Shown here: piece after piece, positions 32,265-44,112 of the stretch
Numbering within the stretch: the stretch's first letter is position 1
Layout of the letters: the number at the start of each line of letters is the position of its first letter
DNA from: a bacterium
GTDB taxonomy: Bacteria > Zhuqueibacterota > Zhuqueibacteria > Oceanimicrobiales > Oceanimicrobiaceae
Assembly: GCA_046757025.1 (NCBI GenBank)
Contig: JBHHXN010000013.1
Span: 1 to 64,000, forward strand
Direction: 5' to 3'
Length of the DNA stretch: 64,000 nucleotides
The notes under the pieces: generated by a model
Database searches by the model: none
The model's input: only the letters and a program-made list of their open reading frames with translations
Told to the model about the DNA's origin: nothing
Translations under genes and position numbers: made by a program

Positions 32265-33386
32265 ATGAGTATCCGGCCCACAATTGCGGAGGTAGATTTG
32301 CGAGCGATTTCCAACAACATCAAAGCCATTAGAAGAAAAGTGACGCCGGCGCAGGTTATGGCGGTGGTAAAAGCCAATGCTTACGGGCACGGCCTCAAAG
32401 AAGTCGCGAAAATCGCCATGGCAAATGAAGTGAATTATTTAGGCGTGGCGTTGTTGGAAGAGGGCGTGCAATTGCGCACCCTGAGCAAGCAATTTCCCGT
32501 CCTGGTGTTTGGTGGCTTTTTTGAAAGCCAAATCGAGGCCGCTTTAAGAAACAATTTAGAGCTGACTTTGTACGATGGTCACCGCGCCAGACTGCTGTCG
32601 CAGAAAGCCGGGCAATTGGCAAAAACTGCGCGTGTGCACATTAAAATCGATACCGGCATGGGCCGCATCGGGGTACCCTGGTCAGAGGCGGTTGATTTCA
32701 TCAAAGAAGTAATTCAGTTGAAAAATATCGAAATCGTAGGAGTATATACGCATTTTGCCTCAGCGGATGAACGGGACAAGTCTTACGCTCGGAAGCAATT
32801 GCAGCGATTTCAATCGGTCCTTGCCAAACTGCAGGAAGCCAAAATCCATGTTCCTTTACAGCATGCGGCCAACAGCGGAGCCATTTTAGACTTGCCCGAA
32901 TCCTATTTTAATTTGGTGCGGTGTGGAGTGAGCATGTATGGTTATTATCCTTCACGGGAAACATCGGAAAGTCTGAAGCTGAGTCCGGCAATGATCCTGA
33001 AATCGCAGATTATTTCTTTGAAACAGATAAATAAAAACAGCTACATTAGTTACAATCGGACATACAAAACCGATGGCGACACGGTGATTGCCACGGTGCC
33101 CATCGGTTACGGTGACGGCTATAATCGTCTGTTGTCGAATAGAGGAAAGGTGCTCATCAGTGGGCAGAGATATCCAGTGGTGGGTCGAGTCTGTATGGAT
33201 CAGATCATGGTGGACGTAGGGCCAAAACCGCAAATAAATGTAGGCGACGAAGTGGTGCTGCTCGGCAAACAGGGAAAGGAAGAAATTTCCATGTACGAAA
33301 TTTGTGATTTGCTGAACACCATCCCCTATGAAGTCACATGTTGGATTTCGGAACGGGTACCCAGAATCTACAGGAATCTAAATTAA
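32265..33386 (+). CDS. alr: Alanine racemase
   Basis: AVVKANAYGHG, KIDTGMGRIG and GRVCMDQ. Confidence 0.97.
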   Translation: MSIRPTIAEVDLRAISNNIKAIRRKVTPAQVMAVVKANAYGHGLKEVAKIAMANEVNYLGVALLEEGVQLRTLSKQFPVLVFGGFFESQIEAALRNNLELTLYDGHRARLLSQKAGQLAKTARVHIKIDTGMGRIGVPWSEAVDFIKEVIQLKNIEIVGVYTHFASADERDKSYARKQLQRFQSVLAKLQEAKIHVPLQHAANSGAILDLPESYFNLVRCGVSMYGYYPSRETSESLKLSPAMILKSQIISLKQINKNSYISYNRTYKTDGDTVIATVPIGYGDGYNRLLSNRGKVLISGQRYPVVGRVCMDQIMVDVGPKPQINVGDEVVLLGKQGKEEISMYEICDLLNTIPYEVTCWISERVPRIYRNLN

Positions 33387-33432
33387 CGATGATTCCCGGC
33401 GAGCAAGATCAGAAATGAAATGAAAATTAACC

Positions 33433-34953
33433 ATGCCAGAAAATAAAGAACATACGGAAGAACAAGATTTAAACGAGGTGATGCGCTTTCGGCGCCAGAA
33501 ACTGCGAGAGTTGCAGGAGCTGGGGGTGAATGCTTACCCACCGGATTTTAAAAGAGAAAAATTTTCAGCAGATATTCTCAGCGAACCCGATAAATTTATT
33601 GGGATGACCGTTTCGCTTGCCGGGAGGCTCATGTCCATTCGAGGGCACGGTAAAGTCGGTTTTGGACACATCATGGATTCCAAAGGCCGAATCCAGATTT
33701 ATGTGCGACAGGAAGAGGTTGGGGAAGAACATTATCAATTGTTTAAATTGTTGGATATCGGCGATATTATCGGAGTGAAGGGTGAAATTTTCACCACGCG
33801 GACCGGCGAAATCACCGTTAAAGTTGAGACCCTCGCTTTACTTTCGAAAACTTTGCGACCACTGCCCATCGTAAAAGAAAAAGTTCAGGATGATGAAAAA
33901 GTGATTTACGATCAGTTTTCTGACGTCGAACAGAGATATCGCCAGCGCTACGTGGACCTCATCGTCAATCCCGAAGTGCGGGATGTGTTTATGACGCGCA
34001 CGAAAATAATTTCCAGCATGCGCAAATATTTAGATGGAAAGGGATTTCTTGAGGTCGAAACACCTATATTGCAGCCCATATACGGCGGTGCCTCTGCCCG
34101 GCCTTTTGTCACGCACCATAATACGCTGGACGTCGAATTGTTTCTGCGTATTGCGGATGAGCTGTATCTCAAGCGGCTCATCGTGGGCGGGTTTGATGGG
34201 GTTTACGAAATCTCAAAGGATTTTCGCAATGAAGGCATGGATCGTTTCCACAACCCTGAATTCACCATGCTGGAACTTTACGTAGCTTTTCAAGACTATC
34301 ATTACATGATGTCGCTAGTGGAAGAAATGATCAGTTTTTTAGCTCAAGAAATATTTGGCGAGATGAAAATCCAGCATCAGGGAACGGAGATAGACCTGAC
34401 CCCGCCCTGGAAGCGGGTCAAAATGTTTGAGGTGATTGAGGACTATACCGGCAAAAATCTCTACAAGAAAAACTTACAGGAGCTGAGAAACCTCGCCAAA
34501 GAACTTCATCTGGAAACCGAAAGCTTCTGGCGTGAAGGCAAAATCATCGATGAAATATTCAGCGAGAAGGTGGAGCCGCATTTAATACAGCCGACTTTTG
34601 TCATGGACTATCCCATCGAGCTTTCGCCGCTGGCAAAACGGCACCGTACCGACCCGCTGTTGGTTGAACGTTTCGAGCCGTTTGTTGGCGGGCGCGAGAT
34701 CGGCAACGCCTTTTCTGAGTTAAACGATCCGATAGACCAGCGGCAGCGTTTTCTGGCTCAAAAAGAGCTCATGGATTTGGGAGACGAAGAGGCGCAAATG
34801 TTAGATGAAGATTATTTACGGGCGCTGGAATTTGGAATGCCGCCCACGGCCGGCCTGGGTATCGGCATCGACCGACTCGTCATGTTATTCACGAATCAAC
34901 CTTCAATCAGGGATGTTATCTTTTTCCCGCAAATGCGTCCGGAAAAAGGGTAA
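33433..34953 (+). CDS. lysS: Lysine--tRNA ligase (class II)
   Basis: [20 protein letters not shown] and GLGIGIDRL. Confidence 0.98.
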   Translation: MPENKEHTEEQDLNEVMRFRRQKLRELQELGVNAYPPDFKREKFSADILSEPDKFIGMTVSLAGRLMSIRGHGKVGFGHIMDSKGRIQIYVRQEEVGEEHYQLFKLLDIGDIIGVKGEIFTTRTGEITVKVETLALLSKTLRPLPIVKEKVQDDEKVIYDQFSDVEQRYRQRYVDLIVNPEVRDVFMTRTKIISSMRKYLDGKGFLEVETPILQPIYGGASARPFVTHHNTLDVELFLRIADELYLKRLIVGGFDGVYEISKDFRNEGMDRFHNPEFTMLELYVAFQDYHYMMSLVEEMISFLAQEIFGEMKIQHQGTEIDLTPPWKRVKMFEVIEDYTGKNLYKKNLQELRNLAKELHLETESFWREGKIIDEIFSEKVEPHLIQPTFVMDYPIELSPLAKRHRTDPLLVERFEPFVGGREIGNAFSELNDPIDQRQRFLAQKELMDLGDEEAQMLDEDYLRALEFGMPPTAGLGIGIDRLVMLFTNQPSIRDVIFFPQMRPEKG

Positions 34954-34959
34954 ATTAAC

Positions 34960-36198
34960 ATGTCTTACGAATTCTTTATTGCCAAACGATATTTAAAATC
35001 AAAACGCAAAACGGGCTTTATTTCGCTGATCAATTACATCTCCATCTTCGGGGTGATGATCGGTGTGGCGGCCCTCATCATCGTTTTATCCATCATGAAT
35101 GGCTTTGAAAGCGAAGTTAGATCGCGAATCATTGGATTTGGTGCACACATTGAATTAAGAAAATTTCACAAGGTAGGAATAGAGGATTATCCGAAAATAA
35201 TCGATCAAATAAAAGATATCGAGCAGATAGCCGGAATTTCACCCTACATCGACGAAAAGGCGTTGATCCTCGCCCGCAGAAAACGATCCGGCGTAGCCAT
35301 CAAGGGTATCGATCCCAAAACCGTGAGCCAGGTGTCGGATATTAAAAATGATGTCATATATGGAACCTTTGAAGTCGGCAAAGTTAAAATGAACAGCGAC
35401 CGTGCCTTGCCGGGAATCGTACTCGGTCGGTACCTTGCCGATAAACTGGGGGTTGGTTTGGGCGACAAAGTGCAGATTTTAAGTCCGACAGGAATCACAC
35501 CCGGAATGGCGCAAATGCCCCATTTGATAACGTTTCAAGTGACCGGCTATTTCGAAACCGGCATATTTGAATTTGATGACATTTTTGCTTATATATCTAT
35601 CAACGAAGCCCAGCGGCTTTTCGATTTAAAAAAACAGATTACCGGGCTGGAGATCAAATTGCACGATCTGAATGAGGCTGAGCAAGTGTCAGATCGAATT
35701 GACAATATATTAGGCTACCCTTACGCAACCGTGACCTGGTTTGATATGAACAAAAATTTATTTTCCTGGATGCAAATGGAAAAGTGGGGAGCCTTTATTA
35801 TTTTGAGTCTGATCATCATGGTGGCGGCGTTTAATATTGTGAGCACTTTAATCATGATCGTTATGGAGAAAACCAAAGAAATCGGCATTCTGAAATCCAT
35901 GGGTGCTACTTCATCCGGCATCATGAAAATATTCATGTTTGAGGGCCTCATCGGTGGGATCATCGGAACGGTTCTGGGTTGCGCGATCGGATATGCTTTG
36001 TGCTGGTCGCAACTGAAGTATCAATATTTTTCTCTACCAGCGGACGTTTACATTATCAGCGCGTTGCCGATTTTAATAAAAAAGATTGATTTTATCTTGA
36101 TCACGTTGGCGGCGTTCCTGCTTTGCTTTTTCGCCACCGTTTATCCAGCAAAGAAAGCCGCCGGTTTGGATCCTGTGGAAGCCATCAGGTATGAATAG
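34960..36198 (+). CDS. lolE: Lipoprotein-releasing ABC transporter permease (LolC/E)
   Basis: IAKRYL, MNGFE, EIGILKSMGA and DPVEAIRYE. Confidence 0.9.
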   Translation: MSYEFFIAKRYLKSKRKTGFISLINYISIFGVMIGVAALIIVLSIMNGFESEVRSRIIGFGAHIELRKFHKVGIEDYPKIIDQIKDIEQIAGISPYIDEKALILARRKRSGVAIKGIDPKTVSQVSDIKNDVIYGTFEVGKVKMNSDRALPGIVLGRYLADKLGVGLGDKVQILSPTGITPGMAQMPHLITFQVTGYFETGIFEFDDIFAYISINEAQRLFDLKKQITGLEIKLHDLNEAEQVSDRIDNILGYPYATVTWFDMNKNLFSWMQMEKWGAFIILSLIIMVAAFNIVSTLIMIVMEKTKEIGILKSMGATSSGIMKIFMFEGLIGGIIGTVLGCAIGYALCWSQLKYQYFSLPADVYIISALPILIKKIDFILITLAAFLLCFFATVYPAKKAAGLDPVEAIRYE

Positions 36199-36200
36199 TC

Positions 36201-36905
36201 ATGGAATTTGAACCCAAAATATTGATCACTAAAAACCTGTGTAAGGATTATTACATGGGTGGCCGGCGGGTGCCCGTATTGAAGGGCATCGATCTTGAAG
36301 TGCAGGAAGGCCACATCGTGGCGATTGTAGGACCGTCCGGAGTGGGCAAAAGCACCCTTCTGCACATATTAGGCACCCTGGATCATCCCACAAAGGGTCG
36401 TGTCCTGATAAACCGTAAAAATGTTTTCGAGTATGAAGAAAAAAAATTAGCCAGTTTTCGCAATCGCACCATTGGTTTCGTATTTCAGTTTCACCATTTA
36501 CTACCAGAATTTACTTCCTTGGAAAATGTGAAGATGCCCGGTTTAATCGCTGGCCACGCCGACGGCCAGATTACAGAAAGAGCCAGAATGTTATTACAAG
36601 AAGTGGGGCTGGAGCATCGATTGCATCATCGACCAGGGGAGCTGTCCGGCGGCGAGCTGCAGCGCGTGGCGGTAGCGCGCGCCTTGATGAATGAGCCCAA
36701 AATCGTTTTGGCAGATGAGCCTTCCGGCAATCTGGATCAAGCCTCAAGCAAAGCCCTGCACGAATTGTTGTGGAGCCTGAGTCGTAAATATAAAATGACT
36801 TTTATCATCGTAACCCATAATCTCGGATTGGCAGAGAATGCTGATAAGGTTGTCGAATTGTTCGATGGCCGTATCACCAAAGAACAGTTAAACCAAATAG
36901 TGTAA
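36201..36905 (+). CDS. lolD: Lipoprotein-releasing ABC transporter ATPase
   Basis: GPSGVGKST, GFVFQFHHLLPEF, LSGGE and ADEPSGNLD. Confidence 0.93.
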   Translation: MEFEPKILITKNLCKDYYMGGRRVPVLKGIDLEVQEGHIVAIVGPSGVGKSTLLHILGTLDHPTKGRVLINRKNVFEYEEKKLASFRNRTIGFVFQFHHLLPEFTSLENVKMPGLIAGHADGQITERARMLLQEVGLEHRLHHRPGELSGGELQRVAVARALMNEPKIVLADEPSGNLDQASSKALHELLWSLSRKYKMTFIIVTHNLGLAENADKVVELFDGRITKEQLNQIV

Positions 36906-36906
36906 T

Positions 36907-37434
36907 ATGTTGTGTCAAGTTTGCAAAACGAATAGCGCAGAAATTAAAATCACGCACGTGATCAACAACAAAAAGCTCGAAATAAATCTGTGTAAAAAGT
37001 GTTCTGAAGACAAAGGTGTGAACAATCCACTGGCAACTTTGCCACAAATATTTAGTAATTTTCTTGCGGAATTAGTTGGCGACGATTTTCTCAGAACGAA
37101 TATCGACGAAACGGGAAAAAAATGTTCGGGATGTGGTTCAACGTGGAGAAATTTTCAAAAAACGGGTCTGTTTGGGTGTGATATTTGCTATCAAACTTTT
37201 GAAGACGACCTCAATTTAATTCTTAGAAGAATACATGGAAGTAACCAGCACATCGGCAGTCGTCCGAAATCCATCAGACATGAAATTGATCGAGCGGAAT
37301 TGGATAAAATGAAAATTGAGTTGGAAAATGCCATTAAGTTAGAAAAATTTGAAAGAGCGGCAGAGTTGAGAGATTTGATCCGCGACGCTCAGGACAACCT
37401 GGAAATCAAAGACGATGACGGAATATTAAGATGA
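36907..37434 (+). CDS. mcsA: Arginine kinase activator
   Basis: Four CxxC motifs and a UVR domain (EKFERAAELRD). Confidence 0.92.
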   Translation: MLCQVCKTNSAEIKITHVINNKKLEINLCKKCSEDKGVNNPLATLPQIFSNFLAELVGDDFLRTNIDETGKKCSGCGSTWRNFQKTGLFGCDICYQTFEDDLNLILRRIHGSNQHIGSRPKSIRHEIDRAELDKMKIELENAIKLEKFERAAELRDLIRDAQDNLEIKDDDGILR

Positions 37435-38540
37435 AATCCATCGAATCCAAAAAACTAAAGGCACTGGCCGCGGGCCGAAAAGACACTTCTGATGCCATAG
37501 ACGACTTGCTCTGGAATTTTGGAAGCTGGCTGACCAAAGAAGACGATCATTCGGATGTCATCATTTCTTCCCGCATCCGGCTGGCACGGAATGTGCATGG
37601 TTTTCCATTCCCAAACCGGGCAAAGGATGAAGATCTGCTCAAAGTAATTAATGTTGCAAAAGAAGCGAGCTCGAGAAGTCAAAGTCTTCAAAAAGCATTA
37701 TTTTTTAATATCACTGAACTGCCCGAATGGGATTGTAAATATTTTGTAGAAAGAAGACTGGCAAGTCCGCAGTTCATTGAAAACGAATATCCGAATTTGC
37801 TCATCGTTGGCCCACAAGAGAATTTGAGCATCATGGTTAACGAAGAAGATCATCTGCGAATCCAGTCAATTGAAGCAGGGCTGGGCATGGACAGCGCTTG
37901 GCGCAAAATTAAGTTATTGGATGACGAATTGGAAAACTACATCAATTTCAGTTATTCGGCAAAATTTGGATATTTAACCGCGTGTCCCACAAATATTGGC
38001 ACTGGTTTACGGGCGTCATTTTTTGCACATCTGCCCGCGCTTTCTTTGTCCAATCGCATCAACCGGGTGATCAATGATTTACCGACATCTGAAATCGCGG
38101 TGCGTGGATTTTACGGAGAAGGTACGGAATCGGTTGGGAATATTTTCCAGATTTCCAATCAACTGACGTTGGGTCGAACTGAGAAAAGCGTTATTGAAAG
38201 ACTGATCAAAGTGGCTCAAAAAATCGTTGATCTGGAAAGAGAAGCCCGTGAGACCTTGTTTAAGAATGAAAAAATCATGGTGGAAGATACGGTATTTAGA
38301 GCGCTGGCGATTTTAAAAAATGCCCGAATTATCAGCTCATTAGAATCTTTAAAATTATTGTCTGCGGTACGACTGGGCTGCGAATTGGAACTGATCAAGA
38401 ACATCAGCCGTATCGCGTTGAATCAATTAATGGTGTTGATTCAACCGGCTCATCTTCAGATGATTTACAAGAAAAATTTAAATGAAATGGAGAGAGACAT
38501 CACTCGCGCTGATTTTATAAAACAAAATTTGGAAATATAA
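37431..38540 (+). CDS. mcsB: Protein arginine kinase
   Basis: SSRIRLARN, NEEDHLR, CPTNIGTGLRAS and QISNQ. Confidence 0.94.
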   Translation: MKSIESKKLKALAAGRKDTSDAIDDLLWNFGSWLTKEDDHSDVIISSRIRLARNVHGFPFPNRAKDEDLLKVINVAKEASSRSQSLQKALFFNITELPEWDCKYFVERRLASPQFIENEYPNLLIVGPQENLSIMVNEEDHLRIQSIEAGLGMDSAWRKIKLLDDELENYINFSYSAKFGYLTACPTNIGTGLRASFFAHLPALSLSNRINRVINDLPTSEIAVRGFYGEGTESVGNIFQISNQLTLGRTEKSVIERLIKVAQKIVDLEREARETLFKNEKIMVEDTVFRALAILKNARIISSLESLKLLSAVRLGCELELIKNISRIALNQLMVLIQPAHLQMIYKKNLNEMERDITRADFIKQNLEI

Positions 38541-38628
38541 AAAAATAGGAAGCTCATTGTGAATTTTTTTGTTTGATTTGTATGAATATTTGATTATTTT
38601 AAAAAATAAAAGTAATGGAGTTTAGATA

Positions 38629-41115
38629 ATGAAAAATAATTTTTCAAGTCGAGTTCAGATGGTTATCCAGTTCTCACGTGAGGAAGCATTGCGCCTGGGA
38701 CACGATTATATCGGCACCGAACATTTGCTGCTGGGTCTCATCCGAGAGGGAGAAGGCATCGCTGTAGAGATCCTGCGAAATTTAGGCTGTGATCTGGATG
38801 AAATCAAACGTTCCGTGGAGGATTCGGTCAAATCATCCGGAGAAACCATGACCATCGGGAATATTCCCTTTACAAAACGTGCAGAAAAAATATTAAAAAT
38901 GGCTTATGTCGAAGCTGAAAAATATAAATCAGATATCATTGGTACCGAACATTTGTTGCTGGCGCTAGTGAAAGAAAAAGACGGCGTGGCTGCGCAGGTT
39001 CTTTTGAGCTATGACGTTACCTATGACACCGTTCGCGAGGAGCTTGAGAATATTCTACGCGGAGCGCCCACCAGCCGCGAAGTAGGACCCCAAAAATCCA
39101 AAACGCCGGCACTGGATCATTTTGGGAGGGATCTGACTGAATTGGCTCGCAAAGGCGAACTGGACCCCATCATTGGTCGGGATAATGAAATTCAACGTGT
39201 TGCACAAATATTGAGCCGCCGGAAAAAGAATAATCCGGTTCTGATCGGTGAGCCGGGCGTGGGTAAAACAGCCATCGCCGAAGGTTTGGGTTTGCGAATT
39301 ATCGAACGAAAAGTACCACGGATTTTACACAACAAACGTGTAGTAACGTTGGATTTGGGTGCCATCGTGGCCGGCACCAAGTACCGAGGCCAATTTGAAG
39401 AAAGAATGAAAGCCATCATGAATGAGCTTCAACGTGCGAAGGATGTTATTTTGTTCATCGACGAGCTGCACACCATCGTGGGTGCGGGCGGAGCTTCTGG
39501 CTCGCTGGATGCTTCCAACATGTTTAAGCCCGCTCTGGCGCGCGGTGAGTTGCAATGCATCGGTGCCACTACCCTGGATGAGTATCGACAGTACATCGAA
39601 AAGGACGGCGCGCTGGAGCGAAGATTTCAGAAAATCATGGTGGATCCACCCAGCTCCGACGAGACTCTGAAAATCTTAGAAGGATTGCAAGAGCGATACG
39701 AAAAGCATCATAAAGTCAAATATTCAGAGGCCGCCATCCGAGCCACAGTAAAACTTTCCGAACGCTACATCACCGATAGATATTTTCCAGACAAAGCCAT
39801 TGACGTGTTGGATGAAACCGGCGCAAGGGTTCACCTGGCAAATATCGTGGTTCCCAAAGAAATTACCGAATTGGAAGAAGACATCAAAAAAGTCCGAAGA
39901 GAAAAAGATTCGGTGATTAAGGCTCAGGAGTTCGAAAGAGCGGCGGTTTTGCGCGATAAAGAAAAAAGATTGAACCGCAAGCTGGATGCAGCAAAACGCC
40001 GATGGAAAGATTCCGAAGAGGAATTTTTAGCCACCGTGACCGAAGAAGATATTTCTGAAGTGGTTTCCATGATGACCGGCATTCCGATGACAAAGGTGGC
40101 CCAATCAGAATCGGAAAAGATTCTGGGTCTGGAGGACGACCTCAAAAAATTCATCGTGGGGCAGGATGACGCTATTCATCTGCTCAGCAAAGCCATCCGC
40201 AGAACCCGGGCCGGATTGAAAGACCCGAGCCGACCGATTGGTTCATTTATCTTTCTGGGTCCGACCGGTGTAGGCAAAACTCAATTAGCTAAAGAATTGG
40301 CCCGGTGTTTGTTCGAAGATGGAGACGCTCTGGTCAGACTGGATATGTCGGAATATATGGAAAAATTTTCAGTCTCGCGTTTGACCGGCGCGCCTCCTGG
40401 GTACGTCGGTTACGAGGAGGGCGGTCAATTAACTGAGAAAGTACGGCGCCACCCTTACTCGGTGGTGCTTTTCGATGAGATCGAAAAAGCGCATCCCGAC
40501 GTGTTTAATATTCTGCTGCAAATCCTGGACGATGGACAGCTCACAGACGGTCTGGGAAGAAAAGTCGATTTTCGAAATACCATTTTGATCATGACTTCCA
40601 ACATCGGTGCAAGAGAAATCAAAAAGGGCGCGGGCATTGGTTTTACCGCATTGACAGACGAAATCGATTATGACACCATGCGACACAAGATTATGGATGA
40701 GGTCAAAAGATTGTTCAATCCCGAGTTTATCAACCGGGTTGATGAGATTGTCGTATTTCGTTCACTGTTGAAAGAGCACATGCTGGAAATCGTGGATATC
40801 GTAATTGACGAAATGCTCAGTAAAACGCAAGATCTGGAAATGGAGATTGACCTCACTAAAGGCGCCAAAGAATTCGTGGTTGAGCACGGTTTCGATCCGG
40901 TTTTTGGAGCGCGTCCTTTACGTCGAACCATTCAAAAATTTGTGGAAGACCCCATTGCCGAGGAGATACTGAAAGGAAAATTCACTGAGGGCAGCCAGAT
41001 TCAAGTGAAGAAGAAAGGCGACAAACTGGAATTTGTTGAAGTGGGACGTAAAAAATTGAACGTAAACCAAAACAAAAATAAACAGAAGCCAAAAGAACAA
41101 GAAATTGAAGGCTAA
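38629..41115 (+). CDS. clpC: ATP-dependent Clp protease ATPase
   Basis: Double Clp-N domain, two AAA+ modules ([16 protein letters not shown]), UVR middle domain. Confidence 0.96.
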   Translation: MKNNFSSRVQMVIQFSREEALRLGHDYIGTEHLLLGLIREGEGIAVEILRNLGCDLDEIKRSVEDSVKSSGETMTIGNIPFTKRAEKILKMAYVEAEKYKSDIIGTEHLLLALVKEKDGVAAQVLLSYDVTYDTVREELENILRGAPTSREVGPQKSKTPALDHFGRDLTELARKGELDPIIGRDNEIQRVAQILSRRKKNNPVLIGEPGVGKTAIAEGLGLRIIERKVPRILHNKRVVTLDLGAIVAGTKYRGQFEERMKAIMNELQRAKDVILFIDELHTIVGAGGASGSLDASNMFKPALARGELQCIGATTLDEYRQYIEKDGALERRFQKIMVDPPSSDETLKILEGLQERYEKHHKVKYSEAAIRATVKLSERYITDRYFPDKAIDVLDETGARVHLANIVVPKEITELEEDIKKVRREKDSVIKAQEFERAAVLRDKEKRLNRKLDAAKRRWKDSEEEFLATVTEEDISEVVSMMTGIPMTKVAQSESEKILGLEDDLKKFIVGQDDAIHLLSKAIRRTRAGLKDPSRPIGSFIFLGPTGVGKTQLAKELARCLFEDGDALVRLDMSEYMEKFSVSRLTGAPPGYVGYEEGGQLTEKVRRHPYSVVLFDEIEKAHPDVFNILLQILDDGQLTDGLGRKVDFRNTILIMTSNIGAREIKKGAGIGFTALTDEIDYDTMRHKIMDEVKRLFNPEFINRVDEIVVFRSLLKEHMLEIVDIVIDEMLSKTQDLEMEIDLTKGAKEFVVEHGFDPVFGARPLRRTIQKFVEDPIAEEILKGKFTEGSQIQVKKKGDKLEFVEVGRKKLNVNQNKNKQKPKEQEIEG

Positions 41116-41119
41116 ACGT

Positions 41120-41166
41120 AAACGTCACAGACCCGGAGATACACACATCTTCGGGTCTGTGCGTTT
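41120..41166 (+). terminator. Hairpin after clpC
   Basis: CACAGACCCGGAGAT / ATCTTCGGGTCTGTG stem. Confidence 0.7.
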
Positions 41167-41360
41167 CAGTGCCTGATAATTGTGTTTTGCAAATCATTCA
41201 CTGAACCGCCTAAAAAACACAATTTACCTGCCTAAAAATAATATATAATTATAACAAATTTTAGCTTGATTTGATTTTCAGGCATAGTTATATTTAACTG
41301 ACGCATGGTCATAGCGCGTTAGCGATAGAATTTTGTCTCATATTTGTGAAGGCTGCATTC

Positions 41361-42518
41361 ATGTTGATATCGAACGTACACATCCGAGCATTTCGATCAA
41401 TCTTCGAATTTAATTTTCCAGTGGATCCCAAGATTACCCTGATGATCGGTCCTAACGAAAGCGGTAAAACCAATATCTTGAGATCGGTTGAATCATTTCG
41501 ACCTGACTTTCCTTTCAACAACAATCTTACTTGCCAGTATTCAGATTTTTATTACCAGGGGAAGTGTCCTGAAATCACCATGGAATTTATCCACCTTTCA
41601 CGTGAAAACCGGCGTAATCTTATGCCGGTTTCGGAAATTTTTAAAGATGTGGAGAAATTTCAAGTTAAAAAAGACGGTCCGGATCTGGCCAATTACCATG
41701 TGCTTGTAAAAAATGAAGAAATTCAGGTATCAAATATCAAACGTCTGCTGGATCATCTACCGAAGATTCTTTATTTCGATAATATTTCGCTGATCAAAAA
41801 TCGTGTGGATCTGGACACCCTCATGAACGGCGATAAAAATTATATTACCGAGCTGAATTTGCTCAAAATTGGTGGATTGCAAAATAATATCGAGCTGATT
41901 TTTGAAGACTCCACCCGGGGACGCCGAGCCAGTGAAGAAGCCGGCAAAATGATCACGCAACAAATCCGTCGAGTCTGGTCGCAGGAACCGACCATCGAAA
42001 TTAAGCTGAATGTAAACGGTAAAGTGCTCTACATTGATATTTCCGACGGCACTACCGTGTACGACACGCCCGAATCGCGAAGTCTCGGATTCCGCTGGTA
42101 TCTGTCGTTTTATATCAATTTTATCGCACAAACATTTGAAGCCAAAGCCAATGAATATCTGTTTCTTCTGGATGAGCCGGGAATCCATCTGCATCCGGCT
42201 GGCCAGAAAGATCTCACCAAAGTGATGGAAGATTTGGCCATTAAAAATCAGCTCATTTACACCACACACTCTCCTTTCATGATAAACCGAGAATATCCTC
42301 AACGCGTACGGCTGGTGAATAAAGGGCGTGAAGGCACCAAGGTGGACGCCTTTGCCTACCGAGATAACTGGAAACCGCTGCGACGCTCCATCGGATTGGT
42401 GATAGGCGACCTGTTCTTTTTTAACGATAACAGTCTGATTGTGGAAGTGCCATCCAAAAAAATCCCTATTATGAAAAGATTTCAAATCTTCCGATCGCAT
42501 TCCACCAAAGACTCATAA
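41361..42518 (+). CDS. OLD-family-like ABC ATPase lacking a TOPRIM domain
   Basis: FRSI, GPNESGKT, SRSLG, LLDEPGIHLHP and YTTHSP. Confidence 0.8.
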   Translation: MLISNVHIRAFRSIFEFNFPVDPKITLMIGPNESGKTNILRSVESFRPDFPFNNNLTCQYSDFYYQGKCPEITMEFIHLSRENRRNLMPVSEIFKDVEKFQVKKDGPDLANYHVLVKNEEIQVSNIKRLLDHLPKILYFDNISLIKNRVDLDTLMNGDKNYITELNLLKIGGLQNNIELIFEDSTRGRRASEEAGKMITQQIRRVWSQEPTIEIKLNVNGKVLYIDISDGTTVYDTPESRSLGFRWYLSFYINFIAQTFEAKANEYLFLLDEPGIHLHPAGQKDLTKVMEDLAIKNQLIYTTHSPFMINREYPQRVRLVNKGREGTKVDAFAYRDNWKPLRRSIGLVIGDLFFFNDNSLIVEVPSKKIPIMKRFQIFRSHSTKDS

Positions 42519-42528
42519 ATTTCACTGT

Positions 42529-43467
42529 ATGAATACAGCCCAAAAATCCATTTGTGACGTAGCGGGAGTAAAAGTCGGTCATGCTCAAAACAATATCGCC
42601 AAAACCGGCTGCACCGTCATCATCGCGGAAAATGGCGCGGTTGGGGGGATAGACATTCGAGGTTCGGCGCCCGGCACCCGCGAAGTGGAAACGCTGAAAC
42701 CGGTGCGACTAGTTCCAAAGATTCACGCTATTTTGCTGACCGGCGGCAGCGCTTTCGGTTTGGATGCGTCCGGCGGGGTGCAGCAATATTTGGAGGAACA
42801 AAATATTGGGTATGATGTCGGCATCACAAGGGTGCCGATTGTTCCTTCGGCGGTCATTTTCGATTTGCGCGAAGGGGATTTTAAAATACGACCCGACAAG
42901 GCCATGGGCTATGAAGCCGCGCGTAATGCTTTTGCTCAACCGCCACAGGAGGGGCGAGTCGGGGCCGGCCGGGGGGCCACCGTTGGCAAAATTTGCGGTC
43001 ATGAAAACGGTATGAAAGGGGGCGTTGGCACGTACTCTGAAAAAATTGGTGCGGTGCAAATCGGTGTGCTGACTGTTGTGAATGCCCTCGGTGACATCGT
43101 GGATGCAAAATCTGGAAAGATGATTGCCGGAGCGCGCCATCCCGAATCACAACAATTTGTCAATTCTGAGCTTTTTTTAAAAACCAATCCCATTGAACCG
43201 TTCCAAGCTTCTACCAACACCACGCTGTCCGTGGTGGCCACCGACGCGCAGTTGACTAAAGAAGAAACCATTAAGGTCGCGCAAATGGCGCAGGATGGAT
43301 TGAGCCGAACCATCCGACCGGCGCACACGCCTTACGATGGCGATATCGTTTTTTGCATTTCTGTGGGGGATAAATCTGGCAACATCTTGTCCTTAGGCTC
43401 GGTTGCTGCAGAAATCGTGGCAGAATCCATAATGAGAGCCGTGCGAATTAGTAATTCTCTTCCTTAA
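42529..43467 (+). CDS. P1/S58 (DmpA-like) peptidase
   Basis: RGSAPGTRE, GGSAFGL, NTTL and HTPYDGD. Confidence 0.9.
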   Translation: MNTAQKSICDVAGVKVGHAQNNIAKTGCTVIIAENGAVGGIDIRGSAPGTREVETLKPVRLVPKIHAILLTGGSAFGLDASGGVQQYLEEQNIGYDVGITRVPIVPSAVIFDLREGDFKIRPDKAMGYEAARNAFAQPPQEGRVGAGRGATVGKICGHENGMKGGVGTYSEKIGAVQIGVLTVVNALGDIVDAKSGKMIAGARHPESQQFVNSELFLKTNPIEPFQASTNTTLSVVATDAQLTKEETIKVAQMAQDGLSRTIRPAHTPYDGDIVFCISVGDKSGNILSLGSVAAEIVAESIMRAVRISNSLP

Positions 43468-43577
43468 AATTCATTTACTTAATTTTTTCGAGTTTTTCGG
43501 TTTATTTTTTACAAGGGAACAATTCCACATGGACTTTTCTTTTGCAATTTTATTTTAACGGATATTGAGGAGGTTGC

Positions 43578-44102
43578 ATGATCTACGCATACAAGAAAAT
43601 TCATCCGAATATCGCTACCTCGGTGTTTGTCGCACCCAATGCGGTTATTATCGGAGACGTGGAAATCGGAGAAGATTCAAGCGTTTGGTTTGATGTGGTG
43701 ATTCGTGGAGACGTCAACTCTATTCGAATTGGCAGCAGAACCAATATTCAAGATGGCGCGATTCTGCATGTGACCTACAAAAAGGCGGATCTTAAAATCG
43801 GCCATCATGTTACCATTGGCCATGGTACCATAGTTCACGGCTGCGAGATAGAAGATTTTTGTTTGATAGGCATGGGCGCGTGTATTTTAGATGGCGCCAG
43901 AATTGGCAAAAACAGTTTAGTGGCAGCGGGCTCGCTGGTTTTAGAGAATGATAGAATCGCCGAGCGCTCACTGGTGGCGGGTGTGCCGGCCATCGTCAAA
44001 CGTTCGCTTACACCGGCTGAAATCGAAGAAATCGAGCGTTCAGCAGAGCGTTATGTCGTTTACAAGAAGCACTATTTAGGCGGTGAATTTGGTGCAATTT
44101 GA
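43578..44102 (+). CDS. Gamma carbonic anhydrase family protein
   Basis: Hexapeptide repeats; RGDVN, NIQDG, LH, GH and HGC. Confidence 0.92.
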   Translation: MIYAYKKIHPNIATSVFVAPNAVIIGDVEIGEDSSVWFDVVIRGDVNSIRIGSRTNIQDGAILHVTYKKADLKIGHHVTIGHGTIVHGCEIEDFCLIGMGACILDGARIGKNSLVAAGSLVLENDRIAERSLVAGVPAIVKRSLTPAEIEEIERSAERYVVYKKHYLGGEFGAI

Positions 44103-44112
44103 TTTTACGGAT

